A DNA stretch of 64,000 nt from Ptychomitrium polyphyllum (Eukaryota). The translations under genes and the position numbers were made by a program. The notes beneath the pieces were generated by a model. That model ran no database searches. It saw only the letters and a program-made list of their open reading frames with translations, and had not been told where the DNA came from. Numbering within the stretch: position 1 is the first letter of the stretch; every line of letters begins with the position of its first letter. This document shows, one piece after another, positions 31,111 through 44,614 of this stretch. Location: positions 10,664,001 through 10,728,000 of the forward strand of contig OZ316776.1 of NCBI GenBank assembly GCA_973851085.1, given 5' to 3'.

Positions 31111-32170
31111 GGCCACGCAAAGAACGTTGTTCCTTAACAATACCATTTCTCAAAGCTTACACAACCTTCAAGCACCTCAACTTCAAATCTGCTTGCTCTC
31201 AAGGCTCATTGGGTCTTACGATCAATCATCAAGTTTCCTCTCCAACTCTAAAATGACAACTTTCAAGTATTTAGGCCTTTCATGGTTGATTCAACTCTGA
31301 AGAAAAGTTTCCAATTTTCACGTAGCTGTCGTTTAGTACATCCTTGCAGCAACTTTTGCAGCAACTTCCACGGCACGTTGGGAAGTTGAAGGAGCTTGCA
31401 CGCTGGCACCTATCAGGGTGTACCAATGATTCTCACCACATGAGGATAGAAGTGTTCGACCATATCAGCTTGTCCCAGATTGTGAGAGTGTGATACCCTC
31501 GTGAGTGCGAAATTTGGTGGGACAAGTTCACTTCTGAGGATGAGCATGGGAAGCGGCGATGTGCTAGGGAACAACATCGAAGAACAACTCCTGACCCGGA
31601 GTGCGAATTGGAGCTCTTTACCTCCAGAGGTTGTGGATGCGATCCTCGCTCTCTTGCCTCTACGAGAGATATTCGAGGTCCAACTTGTATCCAAAAGTTT
31701 TTTTCACGCCAATAGACGTGGAACATTCCGACAAGCACGAGCTCGTCGTCGTGTGACAGAGTGCTCTCTGAGTCCTGTCGTGTTCTATGCGGAAGCAGGA
31801 ACTTGGTACTTGAGGGGGTTTGATTACCAGGAACTCAGGTGGAGAAAGCTCCCACCATTCAGGAAACCAATTCCCCCGCCGGATCCGGATTTGTTCAAGG
31901 ACTTCCTCGTCGCTGGAAACAAGGGCCTGTTGTGTGTGAATGTGGGTAAGGCCCTCGAAGCAGAGAAACTGTATGTATGCAACGTTTTGACCGAAGAGAC
32001 ATGTGAACTTCCTCCTCTGGAACTCTCACGTCATCCCGTCCTGTTGAGCGTGCATGTGACACTGACTGTAAAAAACGACATCGTTACCTCAAGCTTTCTG
32101 GTGATCGCCATTGGTAGTGCTGCGATGGGCACGGAGAGCCTGTCGAGGAAGACAGATGTGTTCGACTCTG
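31111..32170 (+). repeat. Left arm of 1060-bp inverted duplication (partner 58138-59197)
   Basis: Reverse complement of 58138-59197. Only 2 mismatches seen by eye (31128/59180 and 31372/58936). The translated overlap is identical in the ORF track. Confidence 0.97.
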
Positions 32171-32193
32171 TAATACTTGGATCTCAACATTGA
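31540..32193 (+). pseudogene. Truncated duplicate of the F-box/kelch-like gene (217 aa)
   Basis: Identical to the N-terminus of the gene at 58768 (F-box WSSLPPEVVDAILALLP...VSKSF) up to TDVFDS, then runs into unrelated DNA (VILGSQH*). Confidence 0.85.
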
Positions 32194-34979
32194 AAGCGTT
32201 GCAGGAGTATGCCAAATAGGACAGATTAAAGCGGTGAAGTGGAGCTGGCGGGCCCGAGATTGTAGCAGCCTATAAGAGTGCAGGAGGAATGTTAACACAC
32301 ACACTAGGTCAAGATCAGGGAAAGACACACAACTGCAAAGTAAGGCAATGGATATGAGCTATTCGAAAACTGCAGATTCATGCTACTGACCTGCAAGGTG
32401 CGGCAAATCACAATGAGTTAAGAGAGATATTTAGAGTTTTCTTGTCACTTGTGAGTCAGAGTTGCTAATCTATGGGCGACAGTGACTTTCTTGTTCAAAT
32501 GAAGACGGTTCAGTGCAGATTTGAGAAATTATTCCTGTTCATTTCTAATTGTACACAATTCAGGTTACAATGGGAAGGCACCACTTTAGCGACGTCGCTC
32601 AAGTGACAAGCTGTACATAAAGTGTGGTCATTGCCGGCTCACAACTCTGGTTTTTGCGTTCCATTGAAGTGCATGAGAACACCAACGGCAGGGCTCAGTT
32701 CATACAGAAGACGGTATCGATCTTCCTACTCGTTGCCAGCACTCTGACTTTCTTCAATATGATGCTGCGTGTTGAAACTCGGAATTTGGCGCCCATCACT
32801 TTGAATTGCAAAGGTACATTTATGCACCCCTAAATACCTGTTATTTCAATCATACACGACTCTTGCTCTATAATCTCCGACTGCAAAACTTTTCGTCTGC
32901 ATCCTTCCGAAACGTGAGACTGGATCTGGTTTGAGGATTGCACTTTATTGTCTGGAAATTTTCGGTCTCAGAATTCTTTAATGTTCCCCTGACGGAGTGA
33001 AATCAATGCTACTAAACTGTGTATATACTTGGCAAACAAACGGTTCTTACCTCGGCTAATCACAAACTTGCCTTCCGATCATTTTTTCCCCTTAACTGCG
33101 ACTTGGCTTGAGATTGTTGCCACTGGGCTGGTCCTATTCTCTACCGATATGGATGCCGTTCGCGTTCGAAGAATGCGAGTATTTCACCACAAGGGCGCTC
33201 TTTTGGAGCCAATGATCGCTGGTGATCACGACGACGTGGAACGTCCGCAAGACGAAAACACATGTTCTTCGTGACAATTATGACGCTAAGGTTGAAGGAG
33301 GCTCTTACGAAGAAGCTGTTATCCAGGCAGAAGGTAATAGGTCGTCTAATGTTCAGGCGTCTCCTGTTATCCTCTGTAGTCCCGTTTACCGCAATATATA
33401 GGTCATTGATAGGAAACGGAAGTCTTGCAAACTTTTTAGTTTGAAGCTGTTTGACAGTATAGAAAGAATTTATAAGAGAAAGCCAGTATCGAATGCACCT
33501 CATTCTGTGTAAGGTGCTTTACATGAATTTCAAAGCAGTGCGTAGCGCACTAGCGCATATTTGATCCGCACCAGTACGTTTGCATCTCCTCTGAACTTTC
33601 GGTCAAAGGATCACCTCTCGTTCAAGAAATCAGTAGCTTGGTACGGATGCCTGTCGAAACGGGGTCAACTATACAAGAATCCAATACCATGTTAACGTCA
33701 GAGAACGCTTCCTCCGACCATGCAAATTTGGTCACTGGCTCTGCACTGGCACTGTGCTGTAGCGTCCCTAAGACAACTTCAGATAGAAACCCTAAAACCA
33801 GAGTCTGCACTCTGGACCAGCGCAAAGTGAAAAAAAAACAGCTAACGTCCCAGTCATCAACGACTAGTTGATACGGAGTTATGTACAGACTTATCAACAA
33901 CTAAATATATACAGACTTGTAGACACTGAAATACGTGCAGACCTGCACACCGAAATGTGTGGACACTTGTCAACATATCGGTGACATGTCAAGCATTGAC
34001 TGCGCAGTTATGTTGCTCTCTTGTTTGAGCAACGAAAGACACAGAATAGAACGTGTTGCACAACCCCGACAACTAAGTTAATCGACATTTGGTGGGTCCA
34101 GCTGCATCGACAAATCAATCTTTAAGCTCCGAAATGATTCTTGTCTCGCATTGTCCAGAGGGGCAGCTCTACCATTTGAGCTACTCTCCCTCTGAAAATT
34201 GCATTCCAGAAGCTCGACAATTGTGGTCCACAATTTAAATTTACAAGTTTAACTAAGAATTCGTGGGGTCATCCTCCGTGCCCGAGTTCTTCAGCGTAGA
34301 GTTGACGGAAATCCATTCCAGCTACAATCTCGCAGATAATTTCGAAGTCATCAAGATCTGGAACTCAAATTGTATTTTAGGAACTCAGGAGCACTCACCT
34401 TACGATAACTCTACCGACCATCAGGGTGAGCATTCTCGACTACCGCGTTGCAGACAGATCGAAGCAAGGATCGTAAAATAGTAATAAATTTGCTTCGACA
34501 GCCGTATTGGGTAGACCTGAAAGTTCACGATTCCGGTGGATACTGCTATACATAAATCACTTACAAGAGAGGCGGCACTGTAGTAATGTCTGCAATGACA
34601 TCGCGTTTGAAGTGTCTGTCCGATCCCGACTCCGAGTCTGTTTAAAAGACTACGTGACCATCGCCAGCCAAATAGTGTGAACGTTATAATACCTTGAAGG
34701 ATGGCGCATTCCTTCCCAGGACGACAGCGACTACCATCGCAGCATTGTTTCTCTCCATCAGTGCGATTTTGTATCACCTTTTCTCGATGGCATGGTGTTT
34801 AGGTGATGCCAGAGATGATGTCGACACTTATACGTACACATAGCTGTTGCTAATTTCCACTGGTTATTAGACGAGAAGTGGATTAGGATGTGTGAGAAGG
34901 TAAGCATAATTCTTCACTGCAGTCACAAGAGTGTCACTCAGGTAGAACAGCTCTGCATCTTCAACCTACGTGATTGAAC

Positions 34980-35420
34980 AGTCAAGTTGTGTGAATATGC
35001 ACAGCTTGTTCTACCCGAGTGGCAGAACAAACTGGGTATGTTCACACAATTGACTGCTTCAATATGACGTGTTCGGAATCCCCTCCTGCAAAGTTTGGAG
35101 TGGTTTCTCATTTGAGAACGGTCCTAGTGTCTAGCAAACTTTGATAGTATGAAATTTTGGATTGATACCTACATGATACTCAGGTAGTACATGTGTGAAA
35201 ATGGTGTGAAACCCAAGTGATACTCATGCGGGGTGTCACGAGAGTGTTACGTTGCGAATCTGTGGAAGGTCCTTGTCCGAGGAATCCGGATGAAAACGAG
35301 CTTCTCGTGGTTGAGTGCGGCTCACCAATCTTTTGAACCTCCGGGAACATAGAATTCGGGCAGAAGTGCTTTCTACAGCGCCTTTCGGCAGAAGTACTTT
35401 CCATAGTGTTATGTCTTTGT
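34980..35420 (-). pseudogene. Highly degenerate F-box/kelch-like paralog remnant
   Basis: The - strand gives LWKVLLPKGAVESTSARI..CSRRFKRLVS (F-box-like) and PLG*NKLCIF versus PVGENKLCIF in the intact gene. 21-nt identity 34992-35012 = 57676-57696. Confidence 0.55.
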
Positions 35421-37189
35421 TACGGACAGCCTTCCACAACTTGTGCTTGCAGCAGACGTAGAACGGCGACCTTGTTGGGGTCGTTGTCAATGAAACACCT
35501 TTTCCTGCCGAAGCCTACATGACACAGAGTTGTATAGGAGAAAGGCCCAGCGCGAGGGCACATGGGGATGGAAGGTGCGAGATCCGAGGGCGAGGGTGAG
35601 CCCTAGCCCTGTGTAAAGCAGAGGCTGGATTACCTTTTAAGATCACCTTTTCCTTTTCACCTCAGGATTTTTAACATTCGTTCTGAACTGCACCTGAGCC
35701 AAGGTTCAGGGTGTCAGCTGTCAGCGGGCAGGGCGACCAACTCGTTTGGTACAGTAGGAGACATACGTTTGAGGACATGCGAACACACCTGTGAACTAGT
35801 GGGGAGTGAGAGAGAACGCATAAAAAACATTATTTCTTAAGACAGGAAACGCTTCCGACAAAGAAAGATTTGTTCCCGTAAAGATGAAGATCTGTTTTTT
35901 CGCGCGATTGCACGACGGGCAGGTCGATTCTGGTTTGACCGGTGACATAAGTCGTATAAACTGTACTTGATGTCTGTTTTTGCCCCGCCAGTCTGTATTG
36001 CTGGAGAGGGGCGGCCGTCATGTTCCTGAAGGCACCCAAAGGCCCCGCAAGGCCATTGTGGCACCATAGTTTCATATAAAATTAATGAACAAAACAGTAT
36101 TAAATTGAATTGTTGTAAAAAAAATGTTATTACAAGTAGGTTGATATAAAGTATTTGGAATCTAAACTAGATGGTTTATAACTAAGGTAGAATTGTACAA
36201 TTGTTGTGAGATAAATAAACCTCCTCTAGATGGCTTAAATATTTTATACAAGATTTGAGATCTATACTTGTCGACAAACTAGAAATTGTGATATATACAA
36301 GTAATCCTTCACTACTCTTGTCATCATAGTTAGGTATTCTAAACAAGAGCTTAGGAACACAAAAGAGTATTGTATATAAAATTTATTGCTGACCAAAGAA
36401 CATTAGAAAAAACATTAGCAAACAATGATGCTAAAAAAATTTCACAAAAAACAAGGTAGTGATGCAACATAAATAACACCAGGGCAAGCAAGCAAGCAAA
36501 TTGAGAAGGTTAAATTGGAAGAGCAAAACAAAATAGAAGTATAGAGCTGAAACTTGACGGAAAGCACTTTAAAATGTTGAAGGATTAGAAACTGAAGATG
36601 GGGTCTATAAGTGCACGTTGAAGGAGTTTTGTTCCTATAAGGCCAAAGCAAAGCAAAAAGTTGCCAAGACATAGTCCATATACAACAACAATGACGATTC
36701 CTATGACATCAAGCAACAAATGAACGTGCTTGTGGAGTGTGAGCCAAATAAAACCTTACTAGTAAAAGGAATATTGATTCATAGAATCTTATTTCTATAT
36801 GCAATTATTTACGTTGCGTTGTAGTCTAATTGAAAATTGTCTAGTTGAACCTAACTATTTAATTGGATAAAATGCTTCATATTTAGTCTGACATTGATGT
36901 TGAAGCATCAATTACAATGTAATTGCAAGCCCTGTTTGCCAAAGTATTCCTAGTAGCGCCTTCTACTAAAGTGCTTGATTTTTAATTTTTATAGCTTTAA
37001 TTTGAGCATTCTTTGGCTTGTCGGAAAGTTGATATTTTTTTCTACCATTTCTTTTAGAGCTCAGATCTTGCACTTGCACGATGAGGGACTGACGGCTCAA
37101 AATCCAAGCCCTAATTGTTGCCCCTTCTTACTCCAATATTAACTCCCCTTGCTAAACATCTAATTACTTCTTTGCTTAGAACTAATTCT

Positions 37190-38090
37190 TATTTGCAAAA
37201 AATTAATTGTATCAACTAACTCCAAAATCTCTTTCTCAAGCTTAACTTTGAATATTTAACTTCAAAACCTAATTTTCTTTGCTTTTTCAATAAAATCCCT
37301 CTTGCAAAAACTAATGATGTGCTCACAACTAAGTTTGTTTGAAAACTAAGTGTAAAACTAACTCAAAACCCCTAACTCCAAAATTTAGCTCTCTCCTACT
37401 AACCTCATTATTTGTATATCCAATTTTCTAAAATATTGCTTTTCCAAGCCTCCTTTTCAAAATACTCTACCTTCTCCTTTAATACCTCTTTCAAATCTTG
37501 AATTTTCTAACCAAATTGTAGTAATAATATTTCATAAGTTTAGAAATTTTTAAATTTAGTAGTTGTTTTCAAATCTAGTTATTTCATAGATTTTAGCTAG
37601 TCTTTTAAATTTAGCTGTTGTTTTAAATTTCAACCTTTTGGCCATATTATTTAAAATTACTATTATTTATTTAATTTTAATCCTATTGGCTAAAATTGGA
37701 CTAGTTTTTAAATTTAGCCTTTCTTTTAAATTCAGCAAACTCTTAAATTCAAACCTATTTCTAAATTGAAATTTACTTTTGAATTCACTTATTACTTCTA
37801 CTAATATTTGATTTTTTCTAATATAACCAAGCTAAATTTTTCCTTCTTTCTTCATAATTGAATTGGAATTAGTCCAAAACTATAAACCAAGCCTTCCAAG
37901 GCCAACTAATGAGAATTCTTCCAAAATCCAATAAGTTATGGAATACACCCAGTTAATTCCATTTAAAAAATAATCCTTTTCTATTACCACTAACAATTAA
38001 CTTTAAATACTAAATAATCAAATGAGCTGATTACTTGGCTCATATATGGTGCAGTATTTAGTAAGACTTTTTAAACATAGACCATCAACG
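37190..38090. repeat. Old dispersed repeat (probably LTR-derived) with internal ~19-bp tandem units; inverted homologue at 51627-52480
   Basis: For example 37257-37360 (TAACTTCAAAACCTAA..CTTTGCTTTT..CTCTTGC.AAAACTAA..AACTAAGTGT) matches the reverse complement of ~52340-52445. Both carry AAATTTAG-containing tandem units. Right end ACCATCAAC resembles an LTR terminus. Confidence 0.55.
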
Positions 38091-39210
38091 TATTCATCTT
38101 GAGCCTCTTTGGATGAATATGATTCCACTAGATGTAGTATTTCTTGCATCAGCTTCCAATAGTAATCAAATTCGAATCAGGTGACCTTACTACAAAGTAA
38201 ATTGCTAACTATTGTTTGAAAGTGTCAAAAGCTATTTGACATTCAAGGATCCATTAAAACTTGACAGCTTTTCTAATGAAATTGGTAAAAGGAATGGAAA
38301 TAAATGCTTAATCTGCTATAATGTCTCTATACTACCTTATGTGGCCTAAAGCTCTCTCCATGTTTTTGGCGTTTGTGAGCAGGGCCAATTTAGCAATTAC
38401 TTCCACCTTCTCTAGGTCGAGCTCTTTACCCTTACTGACACTGTTATAAACACAAGAAACAAGAAGCAGAAACGAAGTATTTTCCAAGAATTAGCTTCCA
38501 AAGAGCTATTGATTAACAAAAACTTGATACAAAGACTAGAACAAGGCAAGAGTCAAGATGATTCACAACTTGTATTGGCAAGACTAAGGAATACCTGGTC
38601 TTGCCTCCTATTTATACTATGACGTTTGTATCTCTTAGGATACTTCTAAAGAAGCTTCCTACAAGGCTAAAGAATGTTCTGGAAGTCTAGGGAAGCTTCC
38701 CAAGAAGTTTTCTAAGATATTGGAACCTTCTTAAGAGGCTTCCTATTAAAGTCACTAGAAGTAAAGAAGAAGATTGTACAAGCATAAAACCACACAAAGT
38801 AGTACAAACAATGCTTGGAGTGAGATGTTGCCTTCTCTCGAAGGCCTTTACTTATACTACCACATAGTGACGTCTCAAACACCTTTTAAGGCCCTTCTCA
38901 AGTATCTTGCAAGTAGCTTTCCAAAGCCACTTGCAAGTTCATTTATGGCAACTCATACACCCACTTGTCCTTGCCTTTCCATGTAAGACATGTGGGTTGG
39001 TCCTACCACGTTAACCGTGTACCATATATGTACCTCTAAAGTGGCTTTCACCTCTCCCCCTTTTCTCCCCATTTTCTCTCCTTCTATATCTACCACAATA
39101 CAAAACTATTTATACCACCGTAAATACTACGAGCAACTCTAATCTCCAACACTCTCACTTTGCAAGTAGTTACCTTCTCGCAATCCCATTTCCTTTACCA
39201 ACCGTTGATG

Positions 39211-42200
39211 TCAATCTTTTGCAAGTGCCTTCGTCAACACGTCAGCAACCATGTCTTCCGTCAAGTAATACTTCAAGTTTATCTTGCCGCTCTCCAACTT
39301 CTCGCGAATGAAGTGGTGTTGCACATCGATGTGTTTTATGCCTGAGTGGTGTGTAGGGTTCTTTGCAAGTGCAATGCATCCTTGATTGTCGCACATGATG
39401 GTTGTGGCATCTTCTTGCACAAATCCCACATCCGCCAAAAGCTTTCAAAGCCAAATGGCCTCCTTCGTGCTTTGGCGAGTGGTCATGTACTCCGCCTCTG
39501 TTGTAGACAACGCAATTGTAGGTTGCTTCCTACAATTTCATGAGATCGCACCAACTCCAACAAAAAACACGTATCCGGTTGTTGAACGCCGCTCGTTTGC
39601 ATTTCCGGCCCAATCTGCATCGCAATACCCCCTCAAGGCAAGCTCCTTACCACCAAGGCACAACTTGTAGTCCATGGTACTTTGCAAGTACCGCATGATG
39701 CGCTTCACCGCATTCCAATGTGCCGGACCAGCCCTAGACATGAATTGGCTCACTATGCTCACCGCAAACGCAAGGTCAGCTCGTGTAGCCACTATGGCAT
39801 ACATCAATGAGCCAACACTAGACTTGTATGGCACGCCTTCCATCTCACCTTTGATGGCCTCAAACTCCTCCACCAAAAACTTCAACAACTTGACATTCAC
39901 ATCAAGCGGCGTACCAATGGGCTTGCACTCCTCCATATTGAAGCGCTTGAGCACCTCTTTGATGTACTTCCTTTGGCTCATGGTGATGGTGCGTGCCTTG
40001 CAATCCCTCTCAAATTCCACTCCCAAGTAATACATCAACTCCCCAAAATCACTCATCATAAACTCCGCATTGAGTTTGGTCTTGAGCCATGCCAACTTTG
40101 CCAAAAGGCTAGCCAAGATGATCAAGTCGTCCACATAGATGAGCACTATCAATAAATACTCACCCGTTTGCTTGATGTACAAGGAATGATCCGCTTTGCT
40201 CCTTGTGAAGCCCTCCTTGGTGAAGAAGGAATCAATCCGTTGGTACCATGCTCTTGGTGATTGCTTGAGTCCATACAACAACTTCTTGAGCTTGCACACA
40301 AGATTTTCAAAGCCCTTCTCTTCAAATCCTTGCGGTTGACTCATGTAGATGTCCTCCTCCAACTCGCCATTCAAGAATGCGGTCTTCACATCCATTTGAT
40401 GGATTTCCAAATCCAACGCCGCTCCAAGTGCAAGGATGCACTAAATGGTGTTGAACTTGGCCACGGGAGCAAAGGTCTCAAGGAAGTTGACTCCCGCAAC
40501 TTGAGAAAATCCCTTGGCCACCAATCGTGCCTTGTGGCGTACCACTTCACCCGAAGCGTCTTTCTTCGTGCGAAAGACCCACTTGCATCCAACGCTCTTA
40601 CAACCCTTTGGAAGCGGAGCCAACTCCCACGTCTCATTTGCCATGAGTGAGTCATACTCCTCTTGCATGGCCACCTCCCACTTGCTCGCATCTTCCGATC
40701 TCATTGCTTCGCCTACATTTAATGGATCGTCGAGAGTGGCCACATTGACTTGCTCTTCTTCATGTTATGGCAAGATGTGGTTCTTCCACCACTCTCCAGG
40801 TGGACGTCGTTCCCTCATTGGATACCGAGATTCTTGTCTGGATTCGACCTCTAGGCCTTCACTTTGTCTGGATGTTGGTGAAGGTGCTACATCTTGTTCG
40901 TCGTCCACCGATTCTTCCTTCTTGGTATCATCATCACTCTCGTGTAAGGGAGTTGGTTTGGAAGATTTGTCTACCAAAACCAACGAAGGCGTATCACTAC
41001 TCCCACTTGGACTCATATCCAAACCATGACCAACACTAGTGCTATCCTCATCAAACACTACATCACAACTCCTAATGATCTTCCGTGTTTCAATACACAT
41101 GAGGCGATATGCCTTGGTTCCCTCGCAATATCCAAGAAATAAACACTTGGTTCCTTTAGCATCGAGCTTACCCCTCTTTGCATTTGGCACCTTTGCAAAT
41201 GCAATGCAACCAAACACACGCATGTATGCAACACATAGCTTGCGGCCATTCCAAACCTCTTGTGGCGTAACGGTAACAAGCGCCCTTGTAAGACACCGAT
41301 TACAAATGTATACCGCATTGGACACTGCTTCTGCCCAAAACGAGAGCTTGAGGCGTTGAGAATGAATCATGCTTCTTGCCATCTCCACAATGGTGCGATT
41401 TGCACGCTCCGCCACTCCGTTTTGCTCTGGCGTGTAAGGTGTCGATGGTTGCCTCTCAATGCCGTGGTTCTTCAAGAAGCGTCAAAAGGCTTTGGATATG
41501 AACTCCCCACCATTGTCCAACCGGAACACCTTCATCTTGTGCTCTGATTGTGTCTCCGCAAGTGCCTTGAACTCCTTAAACTTCTCAAGGCACTCCTCCT
41601 TTGTCTTCAATGTGTACAACCACACCCTCCTTGAAAAGTCATCAATGAAGGTCACAAAGTACCTTGCACCACCAATGGAGGTGGTCCTCATTGGGCCACA
41701 CACATTCGAATGCACAATCTCTAAAGGTTTTATAGCACGCGTGCCTCAATCCTTTGGAAATGGTGCTTTATGTTGTTTGCCTTACACACACCCTTCACAA
41801 AACGGTATAGATGATTCATCCTTACCAAGGGTCATGCCGCTTACCATGCTTGCAAGAAAACGCACACTTCTCACATTCAAATGACCAAGTCGGCGATGCC
41901 AAAGCTCCATTATACCATTCATTGTTGACGATTGTGCTATGTTGGCGGCATCCGCCTCATGTACCTTCGGAAAGGTGACTTGGTACAAATTGTCTTGACG
42001 AGGGGCTACCGCAAGTACATCGCCATTTGATGCCCTCAATGTGCACCCATGCACATTGAATTGCACCTTCAACCCTCTTGACACAAGCTTGCTCACCGAC
42101 AGCAAGTTTGCTTGCAATTTGGGCACATGGAGTACGTCCTTGATTGTGACCTTCTTCGAATGGCCTCTCACAAAGACTTCCACAACAATGGAACCTACTT

Positions 42201-43167
42201 CAATGGCGTCCACAATACTATTATCATCCAAATGCACGTTGCGTGGACTAATTACCTCATATGTGTCGAATGTCACCCTATGAGGTGTCATGTGCTTCGT
42301 GGCAATTGAATCCATGATCCACTTGGACGTGGACTTGGAATGAGGACCATTTTGAGTAGCAAAGGCGTAGTCATCATCTTCCTTTGCATGGTTGGCATTA
42401 TCCTTGTCCTTTGCTTGGTTTGCGTTGTCATGCTTCCACTTTTTTGGTTTGGTGCAATTTCGTGCAAGGTGGCCCGGCTTGCCACAATTGTAACACAACC
42501 TTGATTCTCCACGTAAAGATGAGCTGCCCCCCTTGGTTTGCTTTGAATACAAGGCCGCATCATCGCCATGGCTCCCCTTCTTCTTGCGCTTGTTCATTTC
42601 ATGCATCATTCTCGCCGTTACAAACTCCAAGGTGAGGTCCTTCAATCGTAACGTCTTCAAGGCAATGATTAAGTTCTCAAATGACGACGGCAAACTCTCA
42701 AGCAACGTCATCACTACATCTTCCTCTCTCACGGGAACCACAAAGGATGTGAGCTGATCCACAAGCTCCCTTACATGGTTGATGTCGTCCATCAAGTCAT
42801 CACCTTCTTGCATCTTGATGGTGAAGAACTTGCGGCGAACAAAGAGGATGTTGGACAAGCTCTTTGTTTCGTGGATATTGCACAATGCCTTCCATGCTTC
42901 CACTGATCCTTTGCAACTCTTGATGTGCGCAAGTTGGGCATTCACCAAACTCAATTCAATGACGGATAAGGCCTTCTTCGCGCGGCGATTGTACTCCTTT
43001 ATCACCTTTGGATCTTCATCACTTGCGGGGGGTTCTACGGTCTCCTCCATGATATCCCAAAGGTCCATGGACGACAAGACCATCTCCATGCGGAACTTCC
43101 AAAGGCCAAAGTTTTCTCCATTGAACTTGTCAATGCTCCTAGCACTCTCACTCTCAAATGTGGCCAT
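39211..43167 (-). pseudogene. Copia gag-pol polyprotein, single frame with premature stops
   Basis: Gag (KFNGENF..WK), zinc knuckle CYNCGKPGHLARNC, protease WIMDS.AT.HM, GAG-pre-integrase LWHRRLGH..C..C, integrase (DNGGEF, TPEQNGVAER.NRT), RT (KARLVAKGFSQ, HQMDVKTAFLNG, YGLKQSPRAW, YVDD), RNase H (YCDADWAG, DNQG, KHID, ADVLTK). All ORF pieces share one frame. Confidence 0.95.
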
Positions 43168-43639
43168 GACAACGTTTTAATGGCTAAGATCAACCCCTCC
43201 AAGGTTTGATTGTGCACTAAGGCACCTCAATCACTCAACTTGAGCCTTTTCTAGGCTCCAATGTGCTTGCAAGCACCTACAATACTCACATCAGCCCCTG
43301 CAAGGCTTTGATGTGCAAGTATTCACTCAAGTTTCTCAAAAAAGTCTCTTCTAAGGTCAAATGATCAAAGGTACAACTCAAACACTCAAATCTACTCCTT
43401 CTAGACTCATATGCATAACTTTGCACTTCATTCAATCAAATCAGCCCTTTCTTTGCTTATACATGCAAATATGGACTTGAACAACATCAAAGAGCTCCAC
43501 CTAGACTCCAATGTGCATCTAAGTACATCATTCACTCAAATCAACAATTTTGAAGAGCAATTGAACACATCCACTTGGATTGAACACTTACAAGGTCCAA
43601 ACGCATTGATGTGTTCCACCTCCGCTCTACCAATTCCTC

Positions 43640-43805
43640 GTGCCTTTTCAAGCCGTCTCCAATTCTCTAATGCACCTCCACGGCTCCAAATCAGCCCTTG
43701 TGCTCACCAATACTCCAAATGAGCCTTTGTGCACCTCCAAAGCTCTAAAATCAGCCCTTGTGTACTTCCAGTGCTCCAAATCAGCCCTTTTGCACCTCGA
43801 ACTCT
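43640..43805. repeat. ~30-bp tandem repeats in the copia 5' leader
   Basis: 4-5 diverged units of CTCCAAATCAGCCCTTGTGCACCTCCA between the PBS and gag. Confidence 0.7.
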
Positions 43806-44614
43806 TAAAAGACCTCCTCCAACAACTTTGTAACAAAAACTCTACACTCGCAATTCATATGAGTGGGCCTATAACCTATTGAAGTCACTAGAAGTAAAGA
43901 AGAAGATTGCACAAGCATAGAACCAGACAAAGTAGTACAAACAATGCTTGGAGTGAGATGTTGCCTTTTCTCAAAGGCTTTTACTTGTACTACCACGTAG
44001 TGACGTTTCAAACACCTTTTAAGGTCCTTCTCAAATATCTTGCAAGTAGCTTTCCAAAGCCACTTGCAAGTTTCTTTATGCCAACTGATACACCTACTTG
44101 TCCTTGCCTTTCCATGCAAGACATGTGAGTTGGTCCTACCACGTTAATTGTGTACCATATATGTATTTCTTAAGTGGCTTTCACCTCTCTCCCTTTTCTC
44201 CCCATTTTCTATCCTTCTATATCTACCACAATACAAAACTATTTATACCACCGTAAACACTACGAGCAATTATAATCTCCAACACTTCCAAAAACGTAGA
44301 ACCTTCCTTGGAAGTTTCCTAAGGTAGCGGGACCTTCTTAGAAAGTTTCTTAAAAATGATAGAACCTTCCTAGGAAGTTACTCAAGATGAGGACACCTTC
44401 CTAGGAAGTTTCCTAAGGTGGAAGAACTTTCATAGGAAGCTTCCTAAAAACATGGAAAGACTATGGAGACATCTAAAAATATTCTAAGAAGCTATTATAG
44501 TATACTAGAAGGTTCTAGAATGTTCTAAGGACTATGTTGCATGATCTATGTCCGTGACATCACCTCCCCATTTAGCGACGAGTCCCAAGAGGAGCTCTTT
44601 TCTTGGCTTGCTTG

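Larger units (their letters stand above)
38744..44284 (-). mobile_element. Ty1/copia LTR retrotransposon nested in the gypsy 3' LTR
   Basis: 408-bp LTRs at 38744-39151 and 43877-44284 (~29 mismatches by eye). 5-bp TSD CTTCC at 38739-38743 and 44285-44289. PBS at 43863-43876, PPT at ~39152-39161. Confidence 0.97.

Noticed and set aside
32200..34900. Short ORFs downstream of the truncated F-box copy
   Set aside because: No homology recognised and no continuation of F-box or NLR-LRR sequence.
35418..35429. TGTTACGGACAG identical to the start of the LTR at 63413
   Set aside because: Only 12 nt and the flanks do not align; treated as chance.
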